Shown one piece after another: positions 1 to 11,112 of a DNA stretch of 64,000 bases; position 1 is the first letter of the stretch; the number at the start of each line of letters is the position of its first letter. The notes below the pieces were generated by a model. That model was not told the origin of the DNA. It saw only the letters and a list, made by a program, of their open reading frames with translations, and ran no database searches. The translations under genes and the position numbers were made by a program. Location of the stretch: the NCBI GenBank assembly GCA_963746505.1, contig CAVVBN010000010.1:1142846-1206845 (forward strand). Reading direction: 5' to 3'. This stretch comes from an uncultured delta proteobacterium (GTDB lineage Bacteria > Desulfobacterota > Binatia > DP-6).

Positions 1-804
1 CGCTCGAGCACGCCGCCCGACGTGATGCTGACGGCGCACGGTCATGATGCCGAGCGGCTGGTTGAACGTGTGCCACATCATGAGCTTGTCGAGGATCTCG
101 AGGGAGAAGTCGGGACGCAGGTACGTCTGCCCGCCACCGTGGAAGGTGATCGGCACGTCCAGCCGCTCGCACTCGGCCCACAGCGGATCGTAGGCGCGGT
201 CGTGCCAGGGGCGTCGGTTCACACTGCCCGGTGCGAGGAAGATCGCCTTGAAGCCGAGCTGCTCGACGGCGCGCCGCGCCTCCGCGACCGCGGACGGCAC
301 GTCGTGCGGCGCGACCATCGCCGCGCCGAGGAAGTGCTTCGGGATACGGCTTGCAGTAGTCGGCGAGCCAATCGTTGTAGGCACGGGCGATCGCGGCGGC
401 GCAGCTCGCCCTCGAGGCCGTCGGTGCCGATCACCTGCGGCGAGTCGAGGCCGAGGACGAACAGTCCGCGGCTCGGGAAGAGGATCGCCAGGTCGAGTCC
501 CTCGGCGTCCATCGCGTCCTTCTGCGATGTGCGGGTCCCAGCCGTGCGCCTCCGAGTGCGCGTACACGCGGTCCTGCTCCGCGCTCCACGCGGCCGGTGC
601 CGCCGTCGGTGCCGTTCACCGCCCGCGCCGGCCGACGCGGAGCATGACGCGCGACTTCACCTTCACCCGCATGTCGCGCCGCATCTCGGTGAGCCCGACG
701 GGCGCCGCGTGCTTCCACGCCGGGTCGATGTAGCGCTGCCAGAGGTCCGGCGGCTCGAGGATGTGCATGTCGCTGTCCGCGACGCGGAGGCCGTGGCTCG
801 TCAC
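1..804 (-). pseudogene. amidohydrolase family 2 (metal-dependent hydrolase); C-terminus beyond window start; frameshifted as assembled
   Basis: Three minus-strand pieces read as consecutive parts of one amidohydrolase_2-type protein. They are 616-804 (MTSHGLRVADSDMHILEPPDLWQRYIDP), 219-512 (MDAEGLDLAILFPSRGLFVLGL) and my own translation of 1-218 (FKAIFLAPGSVNRRPWHDRAYDPLWAECERLDVPITFHGG). The frames differ, so there are at least 2 indels. Confidence 0.7.
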
Positions 805-923
805 GGGCTCCGCCTACCATCGAGCCGGATCCGCGATCAAGATCGACCGACCCAGAGACGCATTGAGGGCGCGAGCGGCCTACGATCCCTCGTAGCCGCT
901 CGCGCCCCAACCGGAAAACGCCG

Positions 924-3324
924 TCAGGGTGCCTGACGGTCGAACTCGAGCACCTGCTGGAACGTCGGACGGTTGGTGGTCGGGAACGTGTTCGGGAGGA
1001 GTCCCGGCACGAAGCCGGTCCGTGCCGCCGTCTTGCGCCACAGGGACGGGTCCGCCTGACCCTGCTGCGTGGCGAGCGCGTCGGCGGCGTCGTGGATCGC
1101 CTGCCACAGCGAAGCGGCACAGGCCGGCAGCGACCCGCCGCCGCAGTACTTGAGGTTGAAGGGACCCACCACGGGGTCGCCGAGCAGCGTGCGCAGATCC
1201 TTGTCCACGTAGGACTCGCCCTCGAGACCGTCGAGGTTGCGGACGTTGTCGAGGTCGTCGAGGAGGGCGCCGAACGTCGAGCGCCATGACGGCGTTCGCG
1301 ATCGGCCGCCAGACCCCGTCCATGATCACCGGGCCGGCCTCGTCGTAGAACGTGTCGTTGTCGGCATCGAGGCGCGGGGCATCACGCCCGACCCAGTCGT
1401 CGAGCAGATCGACCACCTGCTGATCGCGGGCGCTCGGCGCCGTCCCCGTGCGCGAGCACCCGGCTGACGATCGGCCACACGGGTGAGCGCACGTCCTCGG
1501 TCGCCGCGCGGTTCATGATGCCGACGTTGTCCGTGATCACGGCGCTCGCCGGCCAGCGGTCGAACATCTCGACCCGCTGCACGGACCCGTACGGCTCGTC
1601 GTCGCCGTGCATGAACCCCGGGGCCGAGCGGTTGTTCCAGTTGAGCAGCAGCCCATCGGGGCCGGTGGCGTCGTGCGGGTGTTTGCCGGCCTTGAGGAAG
1701 CCCGTCCACTCGTATTCGCCCGTGCCGATCGTCGGCAGCCGCCGATCGAGGCCCTTCGGACGCTTCGGGAGGTACCCGGAGGAGAAGTACGCCGTCTTCC
1801 TCCGGGACACGTAGGCCCAGTTGAAGGTGAACCCGAACTGGTTGGCGGTGCGGTAGAAGCGCCCCGGCGTACTCGCCTTGCCCTCGGTCATGTCCTTCAG
1901 CGCGGCGAGGTTGAGGCCGTCGCGGCCGAACGTCGAGCGTCGGCGCGAGAGCGCGTACGGCTTCCCGCCGATCGTCGCGGTCGCGAACACGGGCCCGTGC
2001 ACCGTGACGTGATAGATGAGCGGGGTCGTCCCGAGGAGGCCCGCGTTGAAGGTGTCCATGGCGCGGCACTGACCGTTGAAGAGGTAGTGCGTCGAGGCGC
2101 GCGTCGGCGGCGAGGCGTCGGGCTCGCAGAGCTCCTCCGCGTACACGTCGCGCACGTCGTGTCCGGCGGAGGTCAGGCTCCAGGCGTAGTTCGGCGTGCG
2201 CCCGATCAGGATGTACAGTGCGAGACCGGGCACCGCGGCGCCCTGCGCGGTGAAGTCGGGGCCGTGGAGATCGATCTGCTGCACGATCTCCGGATAGTAG
2301 TAGCCGAGCTGCGGGACCCATGACCGCGAGCGAGTTCCCCGACGCCGAGCGCTTGGGCGCGGTGACGAGGAAGTTCGACGCCCGCAGCCGGAAGGGCGCC
2401 GCGGCCGCCAGCGCGAGCGGCTGGCGCGGGTCGATGCTCTGGATGGAGTCGGGATCGAGGACCACCGACCCCGTCACGGGGCCGCCCGTCAGCGGACCGT
2501 ACTTGAAGACCTTGGTGATGGTGGTCGGCGCCTCGGGATCGTCGGCCAGCATCACGTCGACCCAGGCCTTGTAGCCCTGGTCGGCGCCGAGTTGCTGCTG
2601 CAGCTTGGCGAGGAGATCGGAGTTGGCCGCCTCGCCGCCGCCGCCGGCGCCGAAGATCGATCCGATGAACGCCGTCACCGCGATGACGTCGTTCACGGTG
2701 AACGGGGGCGGACGGGTTGCCGGTCGACGCCCAGTAGGCGTTGACGCCGTCGGCGTAGGCCTGGGCGTCGTCGAGGATCTGCTGGCCCTTCGCGCCGTAC
2801 GTGTCGACCAGGAGCTGTCGCTGCTGCGTCACCAGCGCCTCGGCCTCCGCGCTCGGGGTGAAGGACTGGACGCTCGTGACCAGCGAGAAGGCGTTGATGT
2901 TGGGCACGTCGGCGACGGCGACGCGCGCCGGACCGCGTCCGATCGCGATCAGGAGCCCGCGGTCGCGCGCCGTCGCCCAGCCGGCGCCGAACGAGACGTC
3001 GCCGCGCGTCTGCCCGTAGACGTGCGGGATGCCCCAGGCGTCGTAGATGAGCTGCAGACCGGGCCGGCCGGTCACCTCCTCATGGGTGGCGCCGATCGGC
3101 TGGAAGTCCTCGGGAAGGTAGAACTGATCGATGTCCGCGAGGGTGACGTTGTCGCGCAGCGGCGTGAGGCCGCTGTACAGCGCGAGCTGATCCGTCGAGT
3201 TCGCGGTGAACGGTAGGCCGCCGAAGTTGCCGGGCGGCAGGATGTAGCGGGCGAGATCCACGGCACCCGCCGGGTATGCGGCGAGCACGGTCAGGGCCAA
3301 CACGGCACTCAGCAAGCGTTTCAC
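924..3324 (-). pseudogene. penicillin/AHL-acylase family Ntn hydrolase, secreted; frameshifted as assembled
   Basis: Collinear pieces lie in different frames. 2206-3324 has a signal peptide (MKRLLSAVLALTVLAAYPAGA) then IYDAWGIPHVYGQTRGD. 1326-2696 is the middle. 1382-2284 contains NWNNRSAPGFMHGDDEPYG. 924-1208 is the C-terminal end. At least 3 indels. Confidence 0.75.
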
Positions 3325-3596
3325 AGGCGTCCCCCTTCAGCGTTCGGCCCTCGGAGCGTACCGCGTCGGGCCCGCAAGCGTCTACTGCACTTCGACGACC
3401 TGGAAACTAGATGCAATAGCACCCATCCCTCCGCCCCGGTCCCGGACGGCCCCCTCGCTGCCTTGACGCAGCCGGTCGACGGAAAGCGCCGGACGGACCG
3501 GCCGGGCCTGCGAGTGTCAAGCGCGGCCGCCCCCCCCGAGGCTGCAGCCTGTGCTGGAGACTCGGCGTAGCGCCCGGTACCAGAAAAGGACACCTC

Positions 3597-4508
3597 ATGC
3601 AGGGGATCTGGTCGAAAAACGGCCTGGTTGCCGGGGCGCTGCTGTGCCTCCTGTGCGCCGCGGTCGGCGTGACGGGCACGCGGCTGCGCTCGATCGGCGA
3701 CCGGCGCGAGCGGGAGGTCGTCTACCTCCCCGACGCCCGCCATCTCCGACCGCTGATGCTCGGCTGGAACAACGTCCTAGCCGACGTCCTGTGGTTCCGA
3801 GCCATCAGCTACTTCGGCGACCACTACGAAAGCGACCATACGTACCCGTGGCTCGCGCACATGTGCGAGATCGTCACCGATCTCGATCCGAAGGCCGAGC
3901 ACGTCTACCGCTTCGCGGGCGTGATCCTCCCCTGGGAGGCGCATCAGGTCGATGCCGGCATCCACCTCCTCGAGAAGGGCGTGCACAACCTCCCCGACTC
4001 CTGGCTGCTGCGCTACCAGCTCGGGATGGCGTACTTCTTCTTCAAGCACGACACCGCGAAGGCGTCCGAGCACGTCGCGGTCGCCGTAACGCTTCCCGGC
4101 GTCCAGCCCGTGGTGGCGCGACTCGCCGCGCTGCTTTCGGCCGAACACCAGGGGGCTACGACCACGCTCGAGATGCTGAAGAGCATGCGCGAGCAGGCGG
4201 ACTCGCCGCAGCTGCGCGACGTGCTCGACCAGACCATCCGCGAGGCGCAGGCAGCCGCCGACATCGAGCGCCTGAGACCGCTCGTGGCGACCTACCGCGA
4301 ACGGACCGGGCGGCTGCCCGCGACCCTCGCGGATCTCGTCGCCACCGGCCTGCTCCGCGGCGTTCCGCCCGACCCGCTCGGCGGCCACTACGTCATCGAC
4401 CAGACGAGCGGTCGCGTGTCGTCGTCGACCGGACGCACGCCGCTCCAGCTCCATCGGACGCCGCTCCAGCTCCGCGGCGGGCCGCTCGCCGAGGACTCCC
4501 ACCCATGA
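3597..4508 (+). CDS. hypothetical membrane-anchored helical-repeat protein, first gene of ABC-2 exporter operon
   Basis: Intact 303-codon ORF. It has one N-terminal TM helix (LVAGALLCLLCAAVGV) followed by a soluble helical part. Its stop overlaps the ATG of the ABC ATPase (ATGA at 4505-4508). No family recognised. Confidence 0.6.
   Translation: MQGIWSKNGLVAGALLCLLCAAVGVTGTRLRSIGDRREREVVYLPDARHLRPLMLGWNNVLADVLWFRAISYFGDHYESDHTYPWLAHMCEIVTDLDPKAEHVYRFAGVILPWEAHQVDAGIHLLEKGVHNLPDSWLLRYQLGMAYFFFKHDTAKASEHVAVAVTLPGVQPVVARLAALLSAEHQGATTTLEMLKSMREQADSPQLRDVLDQTIREAQAAADIERLRPLVATYRERTGRLPATLADLVATGLLRGVPPDPLGGHYVIDQTSGRVSSSTGRTPLQLHRTPLQLRGGPLAEDSHP
4437..4473. repeat. 21-nt-period tandem duplication inside the 3' end of the 3597-4508 ORF
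   Basis: acgccgctccagctcc occurs at 4437-4452 and again at 4458-4473. The copies encode RTPLQLH / RTPLQLR. Confidence 0.8.
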
Positions 4509-5438
4509 GCGTGCTGCTCGAGGCCCGCGGCCTCACCAAGGACTTCCGCAACCACTGGACGTACCGGCGCACCCGCACGCTCGACGGATCTGGATCTCAC
4601 GCTGCACGAGGGCGAGATCTTCGGCCTCGTCGGGCACAACGGCGCCGGCAAGACGACGGCGTTCAAGCTCCTCCTGGGCTTCCTCCGGCCGACCGCGGGC
4701 ACGGTGACGTTCCGTGGCGCGCCCCTCGACACGGCCGCACGGGCACACATCGGCTTCCTCCCCGAGCAGCCGTACTTCTACGACTACCTCACCGTCGAGG
4801 AGATGCTCGGCTTCTACGCCGACCTCTACGGCCTTGCGGGCGCCGAGCGCCGCCGCAGGGTGGCCGACGTCATCGAGCAGGTGCGCCTCGGTACCAAGCG
4901 ACGCGCGACGCTGCGGACGCTGTCGAAGGGGCTCCTGCAGCGCGTCGGCATCGCCCAGGCGATCCTGAACCAGCCGGCGCTGCTGATCCTGGACGAGCCC
5001 ATGTCGGGGCTCGATCCCGCCGGGCGCGCGCAGATGCGTGAGCTGATCCAGGCACAGCAACGCGCGGGGACCACCGTCCTGTTCTCGTCGCACATCCTCC
5101 CCGACGCGGAAGCGCTCTGCACCCGCGTCGGGATCCTCGCCCGCGGCACCCTCCGCGACGTCGTCGACCTGCACGGGCACGACGGACCCCACGCGTACCT
5201 CATGGCCGTCCGCCGCATCGGTGCCGAGACCCTGGCGGTGCTGCAGGGCATCGCCGTCGCCCCTCCGGCGGCCGAAGGTGATACCTGGCGCGTGCGGCTG
5301 CCCGACTCGGACGCGGTCCGGCGCGCGCTCGACGCCGTGCGCGGGGTGAACGGCACGGTCGAGAGCCTGGTGCCCGTGCACCCCACGCTCGAGGAGCGCT
5401 TCCTGGCGCACATGAAGGACGTACCCTCCACGGAGTGA
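4505..5438 (+). pseudogene. ABC transporter ATP-binding protein; one frameshift as assembled
   Basis: The gene starts at ATG 4505 (MSVLLEARGLTKDF). Walker A GHNGAGKTT comes from my own translation of about 4621-4662. ORF 4704-5438 then carries the signature LSKGLLQR and Walker B LLILDEP. There is a single indel near 4580-4590. Confidence 0.8.
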
Positions 5439-6211
5439 CGATGCGGAAGGTCGGAGCCATCGCCCTCAACACCGCGCGCGAGGCGCTGCGGAACAAGCTG
5501 CTCTACTCGATCCTCGCCTTCGCGGCGCTGGTGGTGGCCATCTCGGCGCTCTTCGGCTCGGCGTCGATCGGCGACCAGATGAAGTTCGTGAAGGACTTCA
5601 GCCTGATGACGATCTCGCTCTTCGGCGTCGTGATCGCCACCAGCGTGGGCGTCAACATGCTGTCGAAGGAGCTCGGCCGGAAGACCATCCTGAACATCCT
5701 GTCCAAGCCCGTCAGTCGCTGGGAGTTCATCGTCGGCAAGTTCCTCGGGCTGGTGGGCACGCTCGCCGCAGTCGTCGCGCTCATGTGCGTGGCGTTGGTC
5801 GGCCTCGCAGCACTGTTCGAGGGGCACCTCGACTGGGGCCTGGTGGTCGCGGCCGCCACCGTGATGATCGAGCTGACGCTGGTGGTCGCCGTCGCCCTCT
5901 TCTTCTCCGCCTTCGTCGTGACTCCGACGCTGGCGGGCATGTTCACCATCGCCGCGTTCATCGCCGGGCGCTCCGTCGGCTACCTCGACTTCTTCGCCGA
6001 CGACCGCCATCCGCCCCTCCTGCGCGCGATCGCGCGGGTCCTCTACTGGATCCTGCCGCACCTCGACAGCCTGAACGTCGCCGATCGCGTCGTGTATGGG
6101 GAGCACATCCCGCTCGCCTACCTGGCCGCGATGCTGGCATACGCGGGCGCCTACGCCGGCGTCCTCCTGCTCCTGACCCTCGCCCTCTTCTCGCGCCGCG
6201 AATTCGTCTAG
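5435..6211 (+). CDS. ABC-2 type transporter permease
   Basis: Intact 258-codon ORF with multiple hydrophobic segments. GTG 5435 overlaps the upstream stop (GTGA); the alternative start is ATG 5441. It lies directly after the ATPase. Confidence 0.75.
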   Translation: MTMRKVGAIALNTAREALRNKLLYSILAFAALVVAISALFGSASIGDQMKFVKDFSLMTISLFGVVIATSVGVNMLSKELGRKTILNILSKPVSRWEFIVGKFLGLVGTLAAVVALMCVALVGLAALFEGHLDWGLVVAAATVMIELTLVVAVALFFSAFVVTPTLAGMFTIAAFIAGRSVGYLDFFADDRHPPLLRAIARVLYWILPHLDSLNVADRVVYGEHIPLAYLAAMLAYAGAYAGVLLLLTLALFSRREFV

Positions 6212-6360
6212 GGGCGCCGAGCCCGCAGCGGTCGCACGGCAGGCGGGGCGGGGCGCGCGCGGGGGGCGCCAGGCGCGAATGCCTCTCTGAGCGCAGGCGC
6301 CTCCCGCGCGCGCCCCGCCCCCGCCTGCCGACACGCGGCCTGGCACCCGCTCGGCGCCCC
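6211..6360. repeat. nested GC-rich inverted repeat (about 150 nt) between the permease stop and the crotonase start; putative terminator or REP-like structured element
   Basis: The outer arms ggggcgccgagc (6211-6222) and gctcggcgcccc (6349-6360) are perfect complements. The inner arms 6238-6270 and 6296-6329 are about 33 nt long and complementary apart from one extra c and one G:T position. The loop is 25 nt. Confidence 0.75.
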
Positions 6361-6376
6361 ACGCTAAGAGGAGCAG

Positions 6377-7168
6377 ATGGGCGATCTCCTCTTCGAGAAG
6401 GACGGCCGCGTCGCGCGCATCATCCTCAACCGGCCCGACCGGCTGAACGCCATCAGCATCGCGATGGTCGAGGAGCTGGGGGCCGCGCTCGCCGATGCCG
6501 ACGGCGACCCGAACGTGCGGGTCATCGTGCTCACCGGTGCGGGCCGCGGCTTCTGCAGCGGGCTCGACCTGCAGGAGGCGGCAGCGGGCAAGGGCATCGG
6601 CGGCGCCCTGTCGGGGGGCGGTGCGCAGCATCTCAGCACCCGCGACCTCGCCACCGTGACGCTGCAACGGATCGACACGCCGATCCTCTGCGTCCTCAAC
6701 GGCCCGACGGCGGGATACGGCCTCGACCTGGCACTCGGATGCGACCTCCGCCTGATGAGCGATCGGGCGAAGCTCGTGCCGGGGTTCGCGCGCCGCGGCA
6801 TCGTCCCGGAGAGCGGGGGCACCTGGTACCTGCCGCGTCTCGTCGGATGGGCGAAGGCGTGCGAGATCGGCTTCCTCGCCGACGACATCTCCCCCGCCCG
6901 CGCGCTCGAGCTGGGCCTCGTCAACGCGGTGGTGGCGCACGACCGCCTCGAGGCGGAGACGACGCGCTGGGTCCTCAAGATCGCGGACAACGCGCCGCTC
7001 GCCCTGCGGGCCATGAAGCGACTCTTCCGCCACGGCCTGACCGAGGACTTCGAGTCGCACACCCATCACGTGCTGATGCAGCTGTTGCTCCTGTTCCGCT
7101 CGCAGGATTTCCAGGAGGGCGTGGCGGCATTCATCGAGCGCCGCGACCCCCGGTTCACCGGACGCTAG
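6377..7168 (+). CDS. enoyl-CoA hydratase/isomerase (crotonase) family protein
   Basis: Intact 263 codons with RBS aagaggag upstream. Crotonase motifs are present: RIILNRPDRLNAI and VIVLTGAGRGFCSGLDL. Confidence 0.9.
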   Translation: MGDLLFEKDGRVARIILNRPDRLNAISIAMVEELGAALADADGDPNVRVIVLTGAGRGFCSGLDLQEAAAGKGIGGALSGGGAQHLSTRDLATVTLQRIDTPILCVLNGPTAGYGLDLALGCDLRLMSDRAKLVPGFARRGIVPESGGTWYLPRLVGWAKACEIGFLADDISPARALELGLVNAVVAHDRLEAETTRWVLKIADNAPLALRAMKRLFRHGLTEDFESHTHHVLMQLLLLFRSQDFQEGVAAFIERRDPRFTGR

Positions 7169-7174
7169 GAGGCC

Positions 7175-8128
7175 ATGATGGCGACGAAACATCCGATCCG
7201 CTTCGGCATTCAGACCCCGCAGCAGTACGTGGAGTGGGCCGACCTGCTCGACGTGTGGAAGAAGGCCGACGCGTGGGGCTACGACTCGCTGTGGAACTTC
7301 GACCACTTCTATCCGATCTTCGCCGACCCGAACGGCCCGTGCCTGGAGGGATGGACGACGCTCGCGGCGCTCACCGGCGCGACCCGTCGCGCCCGCATCG
7401 GCACGTTGGTGAACGGCAACACGTACCGTCATCCCGCAGTCACCGCGAAGATGGCGGCCACCGTCGACCAGGTGAGCGGCGGACGGCTGAACCTGGGCAT
7501 CGGTGCGGGATGGTTCGAGCAGGAGCACCGTGCGTTCGGCATCGACTTCAAGACGGTGCGCGGACGGCTCGAGGCCCTCGACGAGGCGTGCCGCATCGTG
7601 AAGGGGCTCCTCACGCAGGACCGGACGACGGTCGCGGGGCGGCACTACACGGTGACCGACGCCATCGGCCTGCCGAAGCCCGTGCAGCAACCGCATCCGC
7701 CGATCCTGATCGGTGGGACGGGCGAGAAGGTCCTGCTGAAGCTCGTCGCCCGGCACGCGGACATGTGGAACGCGTCGGGCAGCGCCGAACACATGGGGCG
7801 TCTGGTCGACGTCATCGCCCGTCACGGCGACGCCGAGCGGCGCGACACGACCCGCATCGAGAACACCGTGATGATGCCCTTCTGCTACGACGCCGCTGCC
7901 GACCGCGAGGCCTTCATGCTGCGGATCGCCGCCCAGATGGCCCAGTCGTCTCCCGAAGAGGCGCGGCGCTCATCGTTCATCGGGCGCAAGGCCGAGTGCC
8001 TCGACACCGTCGCCCGCTATGCGAAGGCCGGGGTCACGCATTTCATCCTGATGGTCTTCCCGCCCTACCATCTCGACGAGGTGCAGGCGTTCGCCGAGGA
8101 GGTACTGCCGGCCGCGCGCGCCGCCTGA
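7175..8128 (+). CDS. LLM-class (luciferase-like) F420-dependent oxidoreductase
   Basis: Intact 317 codons with RBS aggagg. Motifs: IRFGIQTP, LNLGIGAGWFEQEH, PPILIGGTGEK. Confidence 0.85.
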   Translation: MMATKHPIRFGIQTPQQYVEWADLLDVWKKADAWGYDSLWNFDHFYPIFADPNGPCLEGWTTLAALTGATRRARIGTLVNGNTYRHPAVTAKMAATVDQVSGGRLNLGIGAGWFEQEHRAFGIDFKTVRGRLEALDEACRIVKGLLTQDRTTVAGRHYTVTDAIGLPKPVQQPHPPILIGGTGEKVLLKLVARHADMWNASGSAEHMGRLVDVIARHGDAERRDTTRIENTVMMPFCYDAAADREAFMLRIAAQMAQSSPEEARRSSFIGRKAECLDTVARYAKAGVTHFILMVFPPYHLDEVQAFAEEVLPAARAA

Positions 8129-8190
8129 GCACGGCCGGCTCGACCCACGTCGCGTCCGATCGCCGGCCGTAGTATGCACTCGGAGCGTCG

Positions 8191-8526
8191 ATGCTGCTGA
8201 TCCGCCTGCCCCTCGCCCTCGTCTGCTTCGTCGTGGCCGTGGTGCTGATGTTCATCCCGGGTCCGGCCTTCGTGTTCTGGATCCTGGGGCTGATGCTGCT
8301 CGGATTCAGCGTCGGGCAGATCCTCCTCTCGGTGCGCCGGGGCCAGCGCCTGCTCCACCGTCACGTGCCCGCGTCCCGGCGGGTCGTCCCGCGCATCCGC
8401 CTGCGCCACATGAAAGCCGTCCTCCGCAATCGATGGATCCGGTGGCTCGACGGCCTGTCGAACAATCGGGACCAGCGGCAGCGCTCGCGCGCGGCGCGGC
8501 GTGCCGCACGGCGCGCCCGGGGCTGA
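8191..8526 (+). CDS. small two-TM membrane protein (PGPGW-like), basic C-terminal tail
   Basis: 111-codon ORF with two hydrophobic helices flanking IPGPAFVFW and an Arg-rich tail. The family assignment is tentative. Confidence 0.45.
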   Translation: MLLIRLPLALVCFVVAVVLMFIPGPAFVFWILGLMLLGFSVGQILLSVRRGQRLLHRHVPASRRVVPRIRLRHMKAVLRNRWIRWLDGLSNNRDQRQRSRAARRAARRARG

Positions 8527-8659
8527 GCGCCCCACCTACCCCTTTTGCGGCAGGGTGTTCGCGCCGATAGGTACCTGAGGTGGTGGCAGACGGAGCGACG
8601 GCAACCCGCCGGGGGACACCGCGGAGTTCGCGTTCGGCGAGCACGGGCCGTGGGAGGTC

Positions 8660-10194
8660 GTGCCGGCAGAGCTGACGTGGCGCGAGGGCATCGAGGCCCT
8701 GCGTGCGGCCTCGCAGGCCGAGGTGCCGGAGCTGGTCCGCCGCCGCGTATTCCCGCCCCTCGGCCGCTTCACCGAGGCCCTCGCGCTCGTCGGCAGCGCG
8801 CTCGTCCGCTGGGGCGTGGGCGCCCGTCGGACCGGCGGCCCGGCGTCGCGCGCGCGGATCTGTCGCGCCGGCTGCGTCTCGCCTTCGAGCGGCTCGGCCC
8901 GGCGTACATCAAGCTCGGGCAGATCGTCTCGTCGGGCCAGGGCATCTTTCCCGACGAGCTGGTCGAGGAGTTCAAGCGCTGCCGCGATCAGGTGCCGCCG
9001 GAGCCGTTCGCCGTCGTCGAGCAGGTCGTCGAGGAGGACCTCGGCGCGTCCGCTCGACGAGCGTGTTCGCGCGCTTCGACGAGCGAGTGCCTCGCCGCCG
9101 CGTCGATCGCGCAGGTGCACGCGGCGCGCCTGCGCACCGGCGAGGAGGTGGTCGTCAAGGTGCAGCGGCCGCGCGTCGCGCAGCTGGTGCGGCGCGACAT
9201 CGCGGCGATGGCGTGGATCGCGCCCGTTCCTCGTCGGTCGCATTCCGGTCGCCGCGCTCGCCAACCCGCCGGCGCTGGTCGAGCTCTTCGCCGAGACCAT
9301 CATCGAGGAGCTCGACTTCCGCCTCGAGGCCGAGAACATGCTCGACATCGCGCGGGTGCTGCGCGAGGCGGGCCAGACGATCATCGTCGTGCCGCGGCCG
9401 CATCCCGAGCTGGTCACGCGCCGCGTGCTGGTGATGGAGCGGCTGCGCGGCTTCAAGTACGACGACGTCGAGGGCATGCGCGCCGCCGGCATCGACACCG
9501 CCGCGGTGCTGCGCGTCGCTGCTGATCTCGTTCCTCGAGGGCGCGATGATCTACGGCGTCTTCCACGGCGACCTGCACGGCGGCAACCTCTTCGTGATGC
9601 CCGACGGGCGCGTCGCGCTCTTCGACTACGGCATGACCGGGCGCATGGACGAGCAGCAGCGACTCGCCTTCCTGCGCATGATGATGACCGGCGCGGTCAA
9701 CGACATGCGCGGACAGCTCGACGCCTTCCGCGATCTCGGCGCGCTCGCCCGCCGACGCCGATCTCGACGAGCTGATGCGCGTCCTCAAGCTCGACCAGCC
9801 GGTCCGCGATCCCGACCAAGATGTCCAGCGAGGAGCTGGTGCGCGAGATCCAGCGAGGTGCTGAACGGCCTGCTCGAGCACGGCGCGCGCCTGCCGAAGC
9901 ACCTGATGCTCTACGTGAAGAACATGCTCTTCTTCGACGGCGCGATCGCCCAGCTCGCGCCCGACGTGAACATCTTCGACGAGGTCGCGCAGATCTACGG
10001 CTACTTCGCCGATCAGCCACGGCGAGCGCATCATGCGCGACATCGGCTTCGACCCGGCGCAGATCCCGCTCGACCTCGAGGGCATGAAGCGCTCCCTCGG
10101 CCTCGAGGGCGACGTCGAGTCGCTCACCCAGCGCGAGCTGCTGCAGCGCCGCGAGCAGATCCAGAAGCGGCTCGACGGGAGCGGCGGGTCCTGA
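8660..10194 (+). pseudogene. ABC1/UbiB-family atypical kinase; heavily frameshifted as assembled
   Basis: Collinear pieces lie in three frames: LGPAYIKLGQIVSSGQGIFPDELVEEFKRCRDQVPP, ASIAQVHAARLRTGEEVVVKVQRP, FAETIIEELDFRLEAENM, MIYGVFHGDLHGGNLFV..DYGMTG, with the C-terminal end LQRREQIQKRLDGSGGS*. GTG 8660 is preceded by gggagg. At least 6 indels. Confidence 0.7.
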
Positions 10195-10240
10195 CGTCGC
10201 CCCCCTTCCCAGCGGCCGGCCCACCGACTATCGTCGGCCC

Positions 10241-11112
10241 GTGCCCGCGTCGCGGACGACGGTCCTACGCAACGCGCCCGGCGATCTGGCGTGGGAGCTG
10301 TGGCTCCGCACCCCCGCCCCCGGCCTGACCGATCTCGTGGCCGGCCTCTGGGCCGGCGATGCGGACGCGACGTCGGCCTCGCACCGCCTGCTCCCCAACG
10401 GTGAGCTGTGGGTGATGTTCAACCTGGGCCCACCGCAGCGGGTCATCACCGATGATGCCGGGGCCGAGGGCGAGACTACCGTGCCGCGCTGATCTCCGGC
10501 CTGCAGGGCCGCCCGCTCCGATTCGATTCCGTCGTCCGCCATCCCCGCGTCGTCTGCGTCCGCCTCGCGCCGCTCGGCGCCTGGGCGTTCTTCGGGGGAC
10601 TGCCCCTCGACGATCTCGCCGACCAGGTGATCGACCTCGAGGCGGTCCTCGGGCGCGCCGCGGGCACCGAGCGACTGCGCCAGGAGCTGATGGAGACGTC
10701 CGACCTGGGCGCCGCGCTGGATCGCGTCGAGACGTGGCTCTGGGCACGCATCGGCGCCGGCCCGGCGGCGCATCCGGTCACACGCGCCGCGATCACGCTG
10801 CTCGGGCGCCTCGACGCGCGCGTCGACGGCGTCGCGCGCGAGCTCGGGGTCTCGGCCCGGCACCTGCACGGGTTGCTCCGGCGCCAGGTGGGCGTCTCGG
10901 CGAAGCGGATCGCCCGGCTGTTTCGCTTCGAGCGGGCGCAGGAATGCCTCGCCGACGCCCCGACGTCCGACCTCGGCACGATCGCCCTCGACTGTGGCTA
11001 CTACGATCAGCCGCACCTGAACCGCGAGTTCCGCGAGCTGGCCGGCCTCACGCCGGCCGAGTACCGCGCCCGCGTCTTCCGCGCCCCCGGCTGGCGCGAG
11101 ATCCGGGGCTGA
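10241..11112 (+). pseudogene. AraC-family transcriptional regulator; one frameshift as assembled
   Basis: The 10241-10492 piece is followed by the 10627-11112 piece, which carries the AraC HTH region (VARELGVSARHLHGLLRRQVGVSAKRIARLFRFERA ... GYYDQPHLNREFRELAGLTPAEYR). Confidence 0.75.

Noticed and set aside
3530-3537. A C8 homopolymer about 60 nt upstream of the 3597 operon start, considered as a possible phase-variable tract.
   Set aside because: It is a single short run in very GC-rich DNA. The assembly appears indel-prone, so its length is unreliable, and there is no supporting evidence.
4826-7825. A 999-codon minus-strand ORF spanning the ABC, crotonase and LLM genes.
   Set aside because: It is antisense to four well-supported plus-strand genes, and its composition is dominated by R/A/G/P/E/D. 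It is a shadow ORF.
8131-8170. A 9-bp stem (acggccggc / gccggccgt) with a 22-nt loop after the LLM gene, considered as a terminator.
   Set aside because: The stem is short, the loop is large and there is no T-tract. It cannot be distinguished from chance complementarity in GC-rich sequence.
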